NCBI GenBank assembly: GCA_963772725.1 | Contig: CAVYYI010000001.1 | Span: forward strand, 800,001 to 864,000 | Reading direction: 5' to 3' | Length of the DNA stretch: 64,000 nucleotides | Source: an uncultured Phycisphaerales bacterium | GTDB taxonomy: Bacteria; Planctomycetota; Phycisphaerae; Sedimentisphaerales; Anaerobacaceae | In this document: in pieces, positions 27,118 to 37,366 of the stretch | Layout: every line of letters starts with the position of its first letter | How positions within the stretch are numbered: the first letter of the stretch is position 1 | Notes under the pieces: model-generated | Seen by the model: the letters and a program-made list of their open reading frames with translations, nothing else | What the model was told of the DNA's origin: nothing | Database searches by the model: none | Translations under genes and position numbers: made by a program

Positions 27118-30100
27118 TCAAACAGAATCGCCTTTTTTGGTTCCCTTTTGCCACTCAGTTTGTTCCCATGGTGTAAGAAATGCATCAAGCAAGCCGGTAT
27201 CAATATGAGGGAGTACGTCAGTAATAATAGTATTAAAGAGTTCGGCCCATTCGTCTTGTCTAGTTTGGTAAATTCCATTAATTTCTCGAATCGTACCACT
27301 AACTGTTATAGCGTCACCTCCTTGAAACCTTTCGTAAGCAATATCATCATCTTCATAAATTTTTGATTCTTCCCTTTTCCGTGAAATGGATTCGTCATCG
27401 TCGTCATCATCATCATCATAGTCATAATCTAGCCCTTTTCTTTCCAGCGAAATGGATTGATCTAACCATCTGATTTTTTTAAGAACTCCTACATGAGCCA
27501 ATTGATCAGCAAATTGTTCCCCTAATTTTGCAAATATACTGCTTTGGTCCCAATTACTCCCTCCCCAAGCTGTTGGTTCAGGCCAACCACCTAACATTAG
27601 TAAACAAACATAATCTGCGAGTGACTTTGGTCGGTTTATATTCCGAATCTGATCTAAATCTCGTTTGTTAAGCCCAAACCATTCTCCGTTAATTGGATTG
27701 CGTAAAGCGTACCAATTCATAGAAACTTTTAAAAAACAAAGCCTCTCTAAACTCAATGAACTTAACTCTGAACTCAATGCTGATAAATTATTTTCTACCG
27801 GGGTCACATATCTAAATTTATTCATGAAAAATTTTAAATACTTATTAAGAACGGCTAAGGAAGCCCATGAAAGATTACTATATACTGTTGATCTACCTTT
27901 ATAAGCCCATGTAGTTATTACATCTAATTTCTCAGGAGAATATTCTATATCAGAAAATTCGGCACAATGAATTTTCATATATCGTTTCAAATCTGTAATT
28001 TCAGAGAAATACCGATACTGCGCCCCGATGTAAATTGGACTTGGCACATTAGGTAAAAGAATTATCTGCTGTTCTGGAAATTTTCTGTATTCTTTAAGGT
28101 TTCTCGATTCAAGATCTTGAAATTTTATAAGTTTAGGTGTTGAAAGAGAGTTAATAGGACCTCTATATATTCCATCTGAAGGTCCTAAAGCAAATACGTA
28201 GTTACCAAAAGAATTTTCGAATTCTGCTTGACATAAACGAGCATATGCGTCATGAATTTGCTTTTTATCAAGATGATTTAGGACAAGACCATCCCAAACG
28301 CGAGGTGTTATCCGATCCCAAAAAGATTTTGCATCTTCATCAAATAGATCTCTCGACATTGTTAGAGGTAACCGATCTTTTCCCCGTAAATCAACCAAAA
28401 TGCCTAATTTGTTTAAAATTTCTTGTGCAGGAATGTTGATACTTGGAGCTACTACACCCCTTACCGTAATCCCGTCCTGCGAAACTGGAGGTCTATCTTG
28501 ACCCTTTTTTTCAGGTGTTTGTCGCACGCCTATGGCGGATTCACTATCAGGGAATTTGAAGACAAATACTTTGGGGATTCGTGTATTAGCAGCAAGCGAG
28601 TCTAATTTTTTTTCTGGATTGGTAAGTATTTTGTATTTAATAGGTACTTCGAGAAATGGAAACCAAAAATCTATAAATTCTTCTATATTAAAACCGTCTC
28701 GTAAGACATCAGGCTTTAGAAGTAAGGCTATTTCTGTTCCTGGAGAATCCAAATTAATTGGAACTGTTGAAAGATAACCTTTCCACGAATATATAGTCGC
28801 TTGAATTCCAGATTCTTTTGGAAGAAATGACTGTGTTGTTACTACAGTTCGGTCACTAATCAAGAATGTGCTTAAGAATCCTATTCCGAATTCTCCTATT
28901 GTACCAATCTTAAGCGTTGATAACCGGCTATCTTCTTTCCATCTTGTGCGGCCAACCTTGAGCAAGTACTCTGAAATTACATCTCTGGACATGCCTATGC
29001 CTGCATCTTTAATTTTAAGCCAAAAAGTTTTCGCTCCTGAATCATCTCTAATCTCTTCTAGTGATACCCAAATGGCAAGATCATCTCTTCGTAAATTAAT
29101 TTCATTTTTAACAAGACGCTCTTGTTCATCGGAGGATAATGTATTCCATGAAAGTTTCTTGCTACATTCGAACGCAATTCGTACACGTATTGCATCAATT
29201 GCATTTTGAACAAGTTCACGCAATATTACATCTGTTCGGCCATAAAGTCGCTTTCCCAAAAAAGTGCAGAAAACTCGTTCTTCGTCAAGGTTAAACCTGA
29301 ACTGTTGAAATTCATAGAGTGGGATTCCGCTCAGACTTATTTTAGGTTTTACTTTATATTCTACGCGCCCAAGCCTAATATGATATTTATCAGAACCACA
29401 ATTAAGGATTAAAGCCGCTTGTTCACATTCTTTTTCTAAATAATCTATCCACTCCCTTAATACTCGCTCAGCTTCTTGAGATGGACTAATCCCCGCAATT
29501 TCAATACTTTTTCCAGGTGCCAAATTTCTTACTTCAATTTCTGTGTATTGGTCCCAATGAGCTTTAGATAATGTAACAAGCGGCTCTGATAAGAAACGAA
29601 GATCGGGTGAAGCTCGTTCCGTCGTAATGTCCAACAAATCACCAAGTCGAAGGCAAATTGTTAAGAACTGCACATTTACATGCTGAGAATCAATTAAAAC
29701 ATCACTTGGATATATTTCCGAATTGCAGATTTCTTCTCTATTTACTTGATGCCCAGCGCAAATAACACCGATCCATTTTTTTAATGAATTGATATTGCCT
29801 GTTATCTGACCACAAGGCATAATTCCACTATTGATTACGAGATTGGCGCGTATACCATGTCGTCGACGATAATAATCTACTACAATAAGCCTTTCAATTC
29901 CATGGCAATACCAGTCGTTTTCATAGTTTAATTCATTTTTTTTGAGGATAGCCTTTCTTTCCAAATGAAAATCGGGATCATTTATTAAATCACGTATCTC
30001 TGACTCAGAAATTACCATTCCGATGTCATGTAACAATGCTGTCGCAATTATAAAATAAAGCTCAATATCAGCCAAAGATTGGATTTGTTCTTTGGTAAGT

Positions 30101-30309
30101 AAGCTGCCAATATTATTTAAAATCCTAATCGAATGATTCACCGAATGATCAGTAAAATGATAAAAATATCGCTTAATCACCTCCAAATATTTCTGTATAG
30201 AATCGAAAGACGAATCAATAAGTCCCCGATATTTCAGTGCCGATGGCGAACTCAAATCAGCACGATTGTCTAGTTCATCATAAATTAAAATGTTTCGATT
30301 TTTGAGCAT
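27118..30309 (-). CDS. HD-CE domain + HSP90-like (GHKL) ATPase fusion; putative conflict/defence protein
   Basis: FTDHSVNHS, LLHDIGM, LRLGDLLD then LY..LRELVQNAIDA, DAGIGMS, IGEFGIGFLS, GTEI; AT-rich. Confidence 0.85.
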   Translation of the reverse strand: MLKNRNILIYDELDNRADLSSPSALKYRGLIDSSFDSIQKYLEVIKRYFYHFTDHSVNHSIRILNNIGSLLTKEQIQSLADIELYFIIATALLHDIGMVISESEIRDLINDPDFHLERKAILKKNELNYENDWYCHGIERLIVVDYYRRRHGIRANLVINSGIMPCGQITGNINSLKKWIGVICAGHQVNREEICNSEIYPSDVLIDSQHVNVQFLTICLRLGDLLDITTERASPDLRFLSEPLVTLSKAHWDQYTEIEVRNLAPGKSIEIAGISPSQEAERVLREWIDYLEKECEQAALILNCGSDKYHIRLGRVEYKVKPKISLSGIPLYEFQQFRFNLDEERVFCTFLGKRLYGRTDVILRELVQNAIDAIRVRIAFECSKKLSWNTLSSDEQERLVKNEINLRRDDLAIWVSLEEIRDDSGAKTFWLKIKDAGIGMSRDVISEYLLKVGRTRWKEDSRLSTLKIGTIGEFGIGFLSTFLISDRTVVTTQSFLPKESGIQATIYSWKGYLSTVPINLDSPGTEIALLLKPDVLRDGFNIEEFIDFWFPFLEVPIKYKILTNPEKKLDSLAANTRIPKVFVFKFPDSESAIGVRQTPEKKGQDRPPVSQDGITVRGVVAPSINIPAQEILNKLGILVDLRGKDRLPLTMSRDLFDEDAKSFWDRITPRVWDGLVLNHLDKKQIHDAYARLCQAEFENSFGNYVFALGPSDGIYRGPINSLSTPKLIKFQDLESRNLKEYRKFPEQQIILLPNVPSPIYIGAQYRYFSEITDLKRYMKIHCAEFSDIEYSPEKLDVITTWAYKGRSTVYSNLSWASLAVLNKYLKFFMNKFRYVTPVENNLSALSSELSSLSLERLCFLKVSMNWYALRNPINGEWFGLNKRDLDQIRNINRPKSLADYVCLLMLGGWPEPTAWGGSNWDQSSIFAKLGEQFADQLAHVGVLKKIRWLDQSISLERKGLDYDYDDDDDDDDESISRKREESKIYEDDDIAYERFQGGDAITVSGTIREINGIYQTRQDEWAELFNTIITDVLPHIDTGLLDAFLTPWEQTEWQKGTKKGDSV

Positions 30310-30880
30310 AGCTAATACATAATCCTGCCACTCAGAACAATAACAAAAAACAGATTTCCTATAGGGCCGAAAGGAAAACAGACCGCGTTAACTTAATGAG
30401 TTTGAACCCCGAACATAAGTTCAAGCCCGCCCGACAGTCTATTTTGTTTCGACCGTCTTTAAAATGCCCAAATTATAAATGTCCCTTATCTAATTACAAT
30501 AAAAATCCTGTAAAAATGGAAAATTTTTTATCGAATGTAAGAATAAGGTATAGAGATAGGGTTTTGGAGATAGTTCTGAATTTGGAGTTTTAAGCTTTAA
30601 TTCATAAAAGCCCCCGCGGCGTTTGAGCTGGATACAATCTGTGTTTTTTGCCTGTATTTAAAAAGTGCGGCAGTTTTCACTGCGCGGCGAGCGAAGGCGA
30701 ATCCTGTGATTAAGCTCGTTTAAATAAGCAGGGTTTGTCGAGAACGCCAAAGACAGGCAAAAACCGTGTCCATCTCGTGTCCATTGATAGTTCATCCGGT
30801 AATCACGTCCAAATAACCTTCGTGTCTTGGGGTCTTAGTGGTGAAAGCTGTTTTTCACGCTATACGCTCTACGCCATCCG

Positions 30881-31495
30881 CTAAAGTATCACCGAAACCG
30901 AATTTGTCGGGCAACTTTCTCCCGAAGAATTGACGGCTTTTACTCGGTATTCGAGTTTCACGCCCTGCGGCTGGTCTTTTAACTTTACATCGGGATTTAG
31001 TGAAGTGCCTGCGATAGTCCATTCGTCCGGCGCGGTATTTACCAGGCGGCGCTGGATTATATACATTCGAACTTGTCCGCCAGCGTTTCTTTTGGCCTTT
31101 GTCCAGCTTAGAAATAATGTGTTCTCGGTCTGTGCGGTAATTTTAAGTTCGGTCGGAGAGGCCGGAAGAGGAATCTGCTGCGGCTGTGCTTTTGGTCCCC
31201 AGCCGATATAATTTAGAATCTCCGGACTGCCGGAGGTATCGACCTCGGATAGTTTTATCTGGTTTTTCATAATCGTTTGGAGATTTGTAAAGGCGGCCTG
31301 TTTCTCCTCGGCGGCAAGAGCGACCATAGATTCGGCTTCCAGAAGAGCGTTTGATGCCTCAGCAAAGCGATCTTTTGCCGATTCAAGGACGGCGGTATCG
31401 TGATGAGGAAATTCAGCAGGATGATTTGTGTAACCCCCTATCATTGTTTCGACCAGTGCCATTACCTGATTCTGCCTTCTTGGATATTGAGCCAT
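30881..31495 (-). CDS. Helical N-domain + fibronectin type III domain protein
   Basis: PASPTELKI..LSW..YIIQ..W..YRVKAVNSSGES.PTN FN3 signature; no signal peptide. Confidence 0.85.
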   Translation of the reverse strand: MAQYPRRQNQVMALVETMIGGYTNHPAEFPHHDTAVLESAKDRFAEASNALLEAESMVALAAEEKQAAFTNLQTIMKNQIKLSEVDTSGSPEILNYIGWGPKAQPQQIPLPASPTELKITAQTENTLFLSWTKAKRNAGGQVRMYIIQRRLVNTAPDEWTIAGTSLNPDVKLKDQPQGVKLEYRVKAVNSSGESCPTNSVSVIL

Positions 31496-31683
31496 TTTTT
31501 GATTCCCCAGTTTTTAATTTTTACGTTTAAGTTTTAATCTTGGATACCATATCGGTTTTTTCATAAGGTCAATTTAGCAGTTTTTTGGAGAAAAATACGG
31601 TATATAAGACTAAAAATGCGGTAAGATTATGTAAAATAAGGAGTTATAAATTATTATTCAAGCTTGAAATATTGAAAATCGTG

Positions 31684-31893
31684 CTTACAACTGACGATTG
31701 TGAACTGACAATCGTTGATTGTAAGCGTGCGATTATCGATTGTAAGCCTGCAATTGGCAAAAGTGAATTGACAATCTACGGTTGTAAGTTTGCGATTATA
31801 GATTGTTGATTGGCATTCCATAGCTGTGAATTTACATTTTACGGCGGTTAATCGACAATTATGGATTGTGAGTTTACAATTGGCCGATGTGAA
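31684..31893. repeat. Tandem array of ten 21-bp quasi-palindromic units
   Basis: Units such as CTTACAACTGACGATTGTGAA, CTGACAATCGTTGATTGTAAG, TTTACAATTGGCCGATGTGAA; consensus approx YTKACAAT-N5-ATTGTRAR. Confidence 0.8.
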
Positions 31894-32148
31894 CTTGAAA
31901 AATGATATTTGAAGCTTGATATGCGACGTTTTAAGCTCGAAATTTTAGATTAACGCTGAGTATCCGGCATATTAAGCTCGAAAAACCATTTATCAAGCGT
32001 AATATTCGATAAACCAAATCTGATAAAGCAGGGTCAATCTTGTCATCCTTTCTTGAAAATCATCGAAATTCCGCCGAGGGCGGATAATCAGCGTTTCCTG
32101 TTTGTGATTGAACCAAAGCCTTGTTTTTGTTATATATGTTTATATGAA

Positions 32149-32176
32149 CCGGACTCCCGCTTTCGCGGGAATGACA
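32149..32176. repeat. REP/dRS3-like half repeat
   Basis: CCGGACTCCCGCTTTCGCGGGAATGACA. Confidence 0.7.
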
Positions 32177-32182
32177 AAAGCG

Positions 32183-32626
32183 ATGAAGAGCGAGAAGAAA
32201 AAAATCCTGTTTTTGTGTACCGGCAACTGCTGCCGCAGCCAGATAGCCGAAGGCTGGTCCCGACATTTGAAAAACGACATTTTTGACGTTTACTCCGCTG
32301 GGGTAAGTCCCGGTAACGAAGTTAATACAATAGCCATCCGCGTAATGGCCGAGTCCGGCATTGATATCTCGTCGCAAAGACCTAAACATCTCGATACATT
32401 GCAGGGAATCGATTTTGATTATGTCGTAACGCTCTGTGACAATGCAAACAAAACCTGCCCCGTATTCCCGGGTAAAGCCAAAGTGATTCATAACAGCTTT
32501 TACGACCCGTCCTTTATGCCCGGCAGCGAAGAGGAAATCCTCGAAGCTTTCAGGAAACTAAGAGATGATATACGCACATTAGTTGAGAATATGCCCGAAA
32601 ATCTGGAAGGAACCAAGGAAAAATGA
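32183..32626 (+). CDS. arsC: Arsenate reductase ArsC, LMW-PTP type
   Basis: ILFLCTGNCCRSQIAEG, VVTLC..A..CPVFPG, DP motif. Confidence 0.88.
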   Translation: MKSEKKKILFLCTGNCCRSQIAEGWSRHLKNDIFDVYSAGVSPGNEVNTIAIRVMAESGIDISSQRPKHLDTLQGIDFDYVVTLCDNANKTCPVFPGKAKVIHNSFYDPSFMPGSEEEILEAFRKLRDDIRTLVENMPENLEGTKEK

Positions 32627-34353
32627 AAAAAGAACTGCTGGAGAAATACAGTTCCGCCGCCACATTGTCTGATATGGAGATTTTTGTCTTCCCTGAGCTT
32701 ATGTACAGCCTTGTGCTTGCCAATATCATGAGCCCTGTTATTTGGAAATGGCGTGATGAGGATTCTTTTAAAAAACTGGAAAATAAAGGCCCATATAAAA
32801 AACTTATGCGGCTAAAACAGTTCATAATGGACAATTATGAATTCAATCTTGACCTCGAGACATGGGGTCTTACTACCAAGGAAAAGGAAATCGAGCGGTT
32901 CAAGGATTTTATTCCGCCGGACGAAATCTCCAAAAGTAACGCCCTTTTCGGTTACGAGGGGGACAAATATTATTTCGACGTGGATATACGAAAACATTTC
33001 GGGCTGGATAAATACACCGCAAATATAATCCCCTACTGGAAAACAGAAACAGTTGAGGCGATGAACGCTTTTCGCCGCAAGAGCGGTTATAATACCGGGG
33101 CAGGTGAATGCGTATCGCTTTCATCTTTATATGCTGCCGCCGCTTTTATTGTCTGCGGAATACCCCTTGAGGATATTTACATGGTGCTTACCCCCCTGCA
33201 TTCGCAGAATTTCATCGATATACAAGACGGTGTTCTCACAAATAACAGAAGGCTTGTTACCAAAACTATGTGGTTCAATGGAACAGCCATATCCAACAAA
33301 GCTCAGCGTGCCTTACGTAATGAGCAGGTTACAATCGTTGCTCATAATACTGGTTTTGTTCACTGCCTGTATAAAGACGCGACCATTGATAAAAATGCTT
33401 ATGGACACTTAATCGAACGGCTAAGCGATTTTGTCTCAACCGAACTGACTTCTTCTACTCTGCCAAACTTTTTAAGAAGCAACACCCAATATCAGAAATA
33501 TTTTCAGTTCTGCTGCGAACATTGCCGCAGCGGGCCAAGATTCGCTAAAGCAGAGGTGCTATTCGATTACGAACATAACAGCCGATATAACGTTTCCGAT
33601 GAAACATCTGAGAAATTAATCGAAGAGGTTTCCGAAGAGGATACCCTGTCTTACAAAATTACAGATAGGATATGCTGCCAGGAATTTTTTGAAACCGTAA
33701 AGCGAGAAAACGCGGATATAAGACAGGAATCGGGCAGAAACGTTATAAAGAAATATCTGACACCTTACGTTCCCGATATCGATAAATTTCTAACCGAACT
33801 TGCGGATTTTATGCACGTAACACCTAAACTTCCCGAAGCTGACAAAAATTATATCCCGGGCAATCCAATCAATATTTCTCCAGACTGGAGCAGAGAACAG
33901 ATAATCGCTTATCTTCAGGAAATACGAAATAGAAATATAACTGCTGACATGGCTTTTTACGCCTACAGAGATATGGAAAGCTGCGACTGGAAACCGTTTG
34001 TTAAAGCCGCCATCGAACGCAGCCCTGTTTCGGTTGAGCAGACAAAATTAATGTCCATTGATGAAATATATTCTTTGCTTATTAATATGAACGAGGAATC
34101 AATTTATGGTAATAAACGTCTCGCCCAGCCTGATGAACTGGCCAATTACAAAACCGGCGACGGTCTGGAAAAAGCCTTCTTTCTCGCCAATATTATCCGT
34201 CACAGAAATCCGAGCACAAAACTCAAAATAACAGTAAATAATAACGAAATTCTTTTAGATAGCGGACGAAAATATGCATTCAAATCGGGGAAAATGCTGA
34301 AAAAACAGATTGTCATCACTGAAGACAATTCCATTGATATAACAGACTTATAG
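32623..34353 (+). CDS. Conserved hypothetical protein (possible transglutaminase-like fold)
   Basis: 576-aa ORF coupled to arsC; GECVSL..PLHSQ..D may form a Cys-His-Asp triad. Confidence 0.7.
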   Translation: MKKELLEKYSSAATLSDMEIFVFPELMYSLVLANIMSPVIWKWRDEDSFKKLENKGPYKKLMRLKQFIMDNYEFNLDLETWGLTTKEKEIERFKDFIPPDEISKSNALFGYEGDKYYFDVDIRKHFGLDKYTANIIPYWKTETVEAMNAFRRKSGYNTGAGECVSLSSLYAAAAFIVCGIPLEDIYMVLTPLHSQNFIDIQDGVLTNNRRLVTKTMWFNGTAISNKAQRALRNEQVTIVAHNTGFVHCLYKDATIDKNAYGHLIERLSDFVSTELTSSTLPNFLRSNTQYQKYFQFCCEHCRSGPRFAKAEVLFDYEHNSRYNVSDETSEKLIEEVSEEDTLSYKITDRICCQEFFETVKRENADIRQESGRNVIKKYLTPYVPDIDKFLTELADFMHVTPKLPEADKNYIPGNPINISPDWSREQIIAYLQEIRNRNITADMAFYAYRDMESCDWKPFVKAAIERSPVSVEQTKLMSIDEIYSLLINMNEESIYGNKRLAQPDELANYKTGDGLEKAFFLANIIRHRNPSTKLKITVNNNEILLDSGRKYAFKSGKMLKKQIVITEDNSIDITDL

Positions 34354-34405
34354 CGTAACGCTTTTTGAAAAAAGAAAAAAATATAAAAATATTTTTTATT
34401 TTGTC

Positions 34406-34441
34406 TTGACTATTAAGCTTAGTAGGACTATATTAGTCTTA
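34406..34441 (+). promoter_or_regulatory. Promoter with overlapping palindromic operator (probable Rrf2 site)
   Basis: TTGACT-17 bp-TATATT; TAGGACTA-TAT-TAGTCTTA inverted repeat at 34423-34441 covers the -10. Confidence 0.6.
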
Positions 34442-34476
34442 TATAAAATGATAAAGTTTTTTAAGGTATCGGCTAT

Positions 34477-34920
34477 ATGGATATTTTGAGACGAAACACT
34501 GACTATGCCATTCGTGCGATGGTTTACCTCGCTGCCAACTATGACAAAGAGTCCGTTCCTACGCGGATGCTTGCCGACGCGGAAGATATTTCCTACGAAC
34601 TGGCCTGTAAGATTATGCAGAGGCTAAACAAGGCCAAACTCGTTAAAAGCGAAATGGGGCCTAAAGGCGGCTTTAGCTTAAATAAAAAGCCATCGGAAAT
34701 AACCCTCGGAGACGTTATAAAAGTTATCCAAGGGCAAATCAGGATAAACAGATGCCTTGCCCGCAATTTCAAATGCACCCTGAAAGTTGATTGCCCTGTG
34801 CATCCCAGGTTATTCAAATTGCAGGAAAACCTGGATAGTTATTTTAACAATATAACCTTGTCCGATATTCTCAAAACTGGCGGCAAACCAAAGACTAACA
34901 AAAAGGAACAGAAAAAATGA
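34477..34920 (+). CDS. Rrf2 family transcriptional regulator
   Basis: TDYAIRAM, GPKGGFSL, ITLGDVI, three Cys. Confidence 0.93.
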   Translation: MDILRRNTDYAIRAMVYLAANYDKESVPTRMLADAEDISYELACKIMQRLNKAKLVKSEMGPKGGFSLNKKPSEITLGDVIKVIQGQIRINRCLARNFKCTLKVDCPVHPRLFKLQENLDSYFNNITLSDILKTGGKPKTNKKEQKK

Positions 34921-35255
34921 AAGAGGCAAATTTACTTAAATCCTGTGTAGCAAACGGCCAGAACATTCAGGCATTGATTGAATACTCGCCTGATTCAATC
35001 GTAAGTAAAACCATCATCGATAAATCAACTGGCACAATCACATTGTTTGCCTTCGACAAAGGGCAGAAACTTAGCGAGCATACCGCTCCTTATGACGCGG
35101 TCGTTCAGATTATAGACGGCAAAGGCAAGCTGACTATTGGATGTAAGGATGTAACAGTCACACAAGGCGAAATTATAATAATGCCCGGCAACGTCTCCCA
35201 CGCCGTCGCCGCCGAAGAAAAGTTCAAAATGCTCCTTACTATGATTCGCGCCTGA
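34917..35255 (+). CDS. Cupin domain protein
   Basis: TLFAFDKGQKLSEHTAP, MPGNVSHAV. Confidence 0.9.
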   Translation: MKEANLLKSCVANGQNIQALIEYSPDSIVSKTIIDKSTGTITLFAFDKGQKLSEHTAPYDAVVQIIDGKGKLTIGCKDVTVTQGEIIIMPGNVSHAVAAEEKFKMLLTMIRA

Positions 35256-35322
35256 ATGGCGGAAGAACTCTTTTTAAAAAATTAGACATACATTTGAATA
35301 TTTTTAAAATGAAAGGAAAAAA

Positions 35323-36609
35323 ATGTTTTGCTATCAATGTGAACAGACTGCGGGCGGAACCGGATGCACAAAAATCGGTGTCTGCGGAAAAAATCCAGAT
35401 ATCCAGAGTTTGCAGGACACTCTTCTCTTCGGATTAAAAGGGATCGGCGCGTATGCTTATCATTCTCGCCAACTTGGACAAAAAGATGAACAGGTCGATG
35501 CTTTTATGCACGAGGCTCTTTTCTCGACACTGACCAACGTTGACTTCGATTTGGGACGTTACGTCGAGCTTGTCCTTAAGGCTGGCGAAATGAACCTGCG
35601 TGCGATGGAAATGCTAAATAACGCTAACACCTCCAGATTTGGAACCCCCAAACCCGCTACCGTGGCAAAAGGCACAAAAGCCGGACACGGAATCGTAGTT
35701 ACAGGCCACGATTTGCTCGACCTGTACGAACTGCTCGTTCAGACCGAGGGTAAAGGCATAAACATCTATACCCACGGTGAAATGCTTCCTGCGCACGGCT
35801 ACCCTGAACTGCGAAAGTTTAAACATCTTGTCGGTAATTACGGTACCGCTTGGCAAAACCAGAGAACAGAATTCGACCAATTCCCCGGCGCAATTCTGGT
35901 AACGACCAATTGTGTTATGATTCCAAAAGATTCGTATAAAGGTCGTATGTTTACCTGCGGCATCGCCGGTGTTGATGGTGTAAAACACATCAAAACAAGA
36001 GATTTCACCGAAGTTATCAATAAGGCCCTGTCTCTGCCCAAACTTTCGGAAAATCCACAGGGGACGTTAAGCACAGGATTCCACTACACTGCTGTACTTG
36101 GTCTTGCAGATAAAATCATCGCTGCTGTTAAAGCAGGTAAAATCAAACACTTCTTCTTTATCGGCGGCTGCGACGGCGCAAAACCAGGACGCAATTACTA
36201 CACCGAATTTGCCGAGAAAGTGCCAAAGGATTGTGTAATTCTTACCGCGGCCTGTGGTAAATACAGAATTAACGCCGCAGATTACGGCACCATCGACGGC
36301 ATACCCAGACTGATTGACACCGGCCAATGCAACGACTGTTACTCAGTTATCAAAATTGCTGTGGCACTGGCCGAAGCCTTTAAGTGCGGTGTGAACGATT
36401 TACCAGTCTCTCTCGTTGTTTCATGGTACGAACAAAAGGCAGTTGCAATCCTTCTGACGCTGCTTCATCTTGGAATCAAAAATATAAAATTAGGGCCGAG
36501 CATGCCCGCGTTTTTGAGTCCAAACGTAGTCAATCTGCTTGTGGAAAAATATAACATAAGTCCGATTGGAAACGTGGACGAAGACCTGGCCCAGATGTTA
36601 AAACAATAA
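35323..36609 (+). CDS. hcp: Hybrid cluster protein (hydroxylamine/NO reductase), short form
   Basis: MFCYQCEQT..C..GVCGK, TGHDL, HGEMLP, GGCDG, GQCND, SWYEQKA. Confidence 0.96.
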   Translation: MFCYQCEQTAGGTGCTKIGVCGKNPDIQSLQDTLLFGLKGIGAYAYHSRQLGQKDEQVDAFMHEALFSTLTNVDFDLGRYVELVLKAGEMNLRAMEMLNNANTSRFGTPKPATVAKGTKAGHGIVVTGHDLLDLYELLVQTEGKGINIYTHGEMLPAHGYPELRKFKHLVGNYGTAWQNQRTEFDQFPGAILVTTNCVMIPKDSYKGRMFTCGIAGVDGVKHIKTRDFTEVINKALSLPKLSENPQGTLSTGFHYTAVLGLADKIIAAVKAGKIKHFFFIGGCDGAKPGRNYYTEFAEKVPKDCVILTAACGKYRINAADYGTIDGIPRLIDTGQCNDCYSVIKIAVALAEAFKCGVNDLPVSLVVSWYEQKAVAILLTLLHLGIKNIKLGPSMPAFLSPNVVNLLVEKYNISPIGNVDEDLAQMLKQ

Positions 36610-36620
36610 GGGATTGGAAA

Positions 36621-37365
36621 ATGGCTTTGCGAAATATTGTAAAAATAGACGAAAGCAAATGCAATGGTTGCGGCCTCTGTGCAAAAGCTCGCCGAAGGGG
36701 CTATAGAAATAATCAATGGCAAGGCAAAGCTTGTCAGCGAAATCTACTGCGATGGCCTGGGGGCATGTATCGGACATTGCCCCCAGAAAGCCATCACCAT
36801 TGAAAAAAGAGAATCCGCCGAATTTGATGAAACAGAGGTTAAACAACACCTCTCTCGCAAAAAGCCGGAGAAAAAGCATATCGCTTTTACCTGTCCCGGC
36901 CTGATGACCAAACAGCTTAGAAATAAGGCTTCCGTATCCTCAGATACTACCAATGTACCTTCTCAGCTTATTCATTGGCCTGTGCAGCTTAAACTCGTAC
37001 CAGTCAATGCGCCCTACTTCGCAAATGCCGATTTACTTATGGTCGGCGATTGCGTGCCTTTCGCGATGGGTGATTTTCACAACAAACTCCTCAAAGGTAA
37101 AAGCGTAGTTATCGGCTGCCCCAAACTTGACGACACAGCGTTCTACATTGATAAGTTTGCGGAAATACTGCAAAAAAACAAAATAAACAGTCTAACCGTA
37201 ATACATATGGAAGTTCCTTGCTGTTTCGGCCTGACTAACATTGCGCGTCAAGCAATCCGACGCAGCAAAGCTAATATATCCCTTGACGATATTACCATTG
37301 ATTTACACGGCAATATCAGTAATATTGAAAAAATTTCGGAGACCAATATAGAAAAGGTAACTTAA
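36621..37365 (+). CDS. 4Fe-4S ferredoxin-domain protein, frameshift near 36680
   Basis: CNGCGLC in ORF 36621 continues as EGAIEI..CDGLGACIGHCP, WPVQL, GCPKLD, MEVPCC in ORF 36664. Confidence 0.85.
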
Positions 37366-37366
37366 A

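Noticed and set aside
31684..31893. CRISPR array
   Set aside because: Period is only 21 bp with degenerate units, no constant repeat plus unique spacer, and no cas genes in the window
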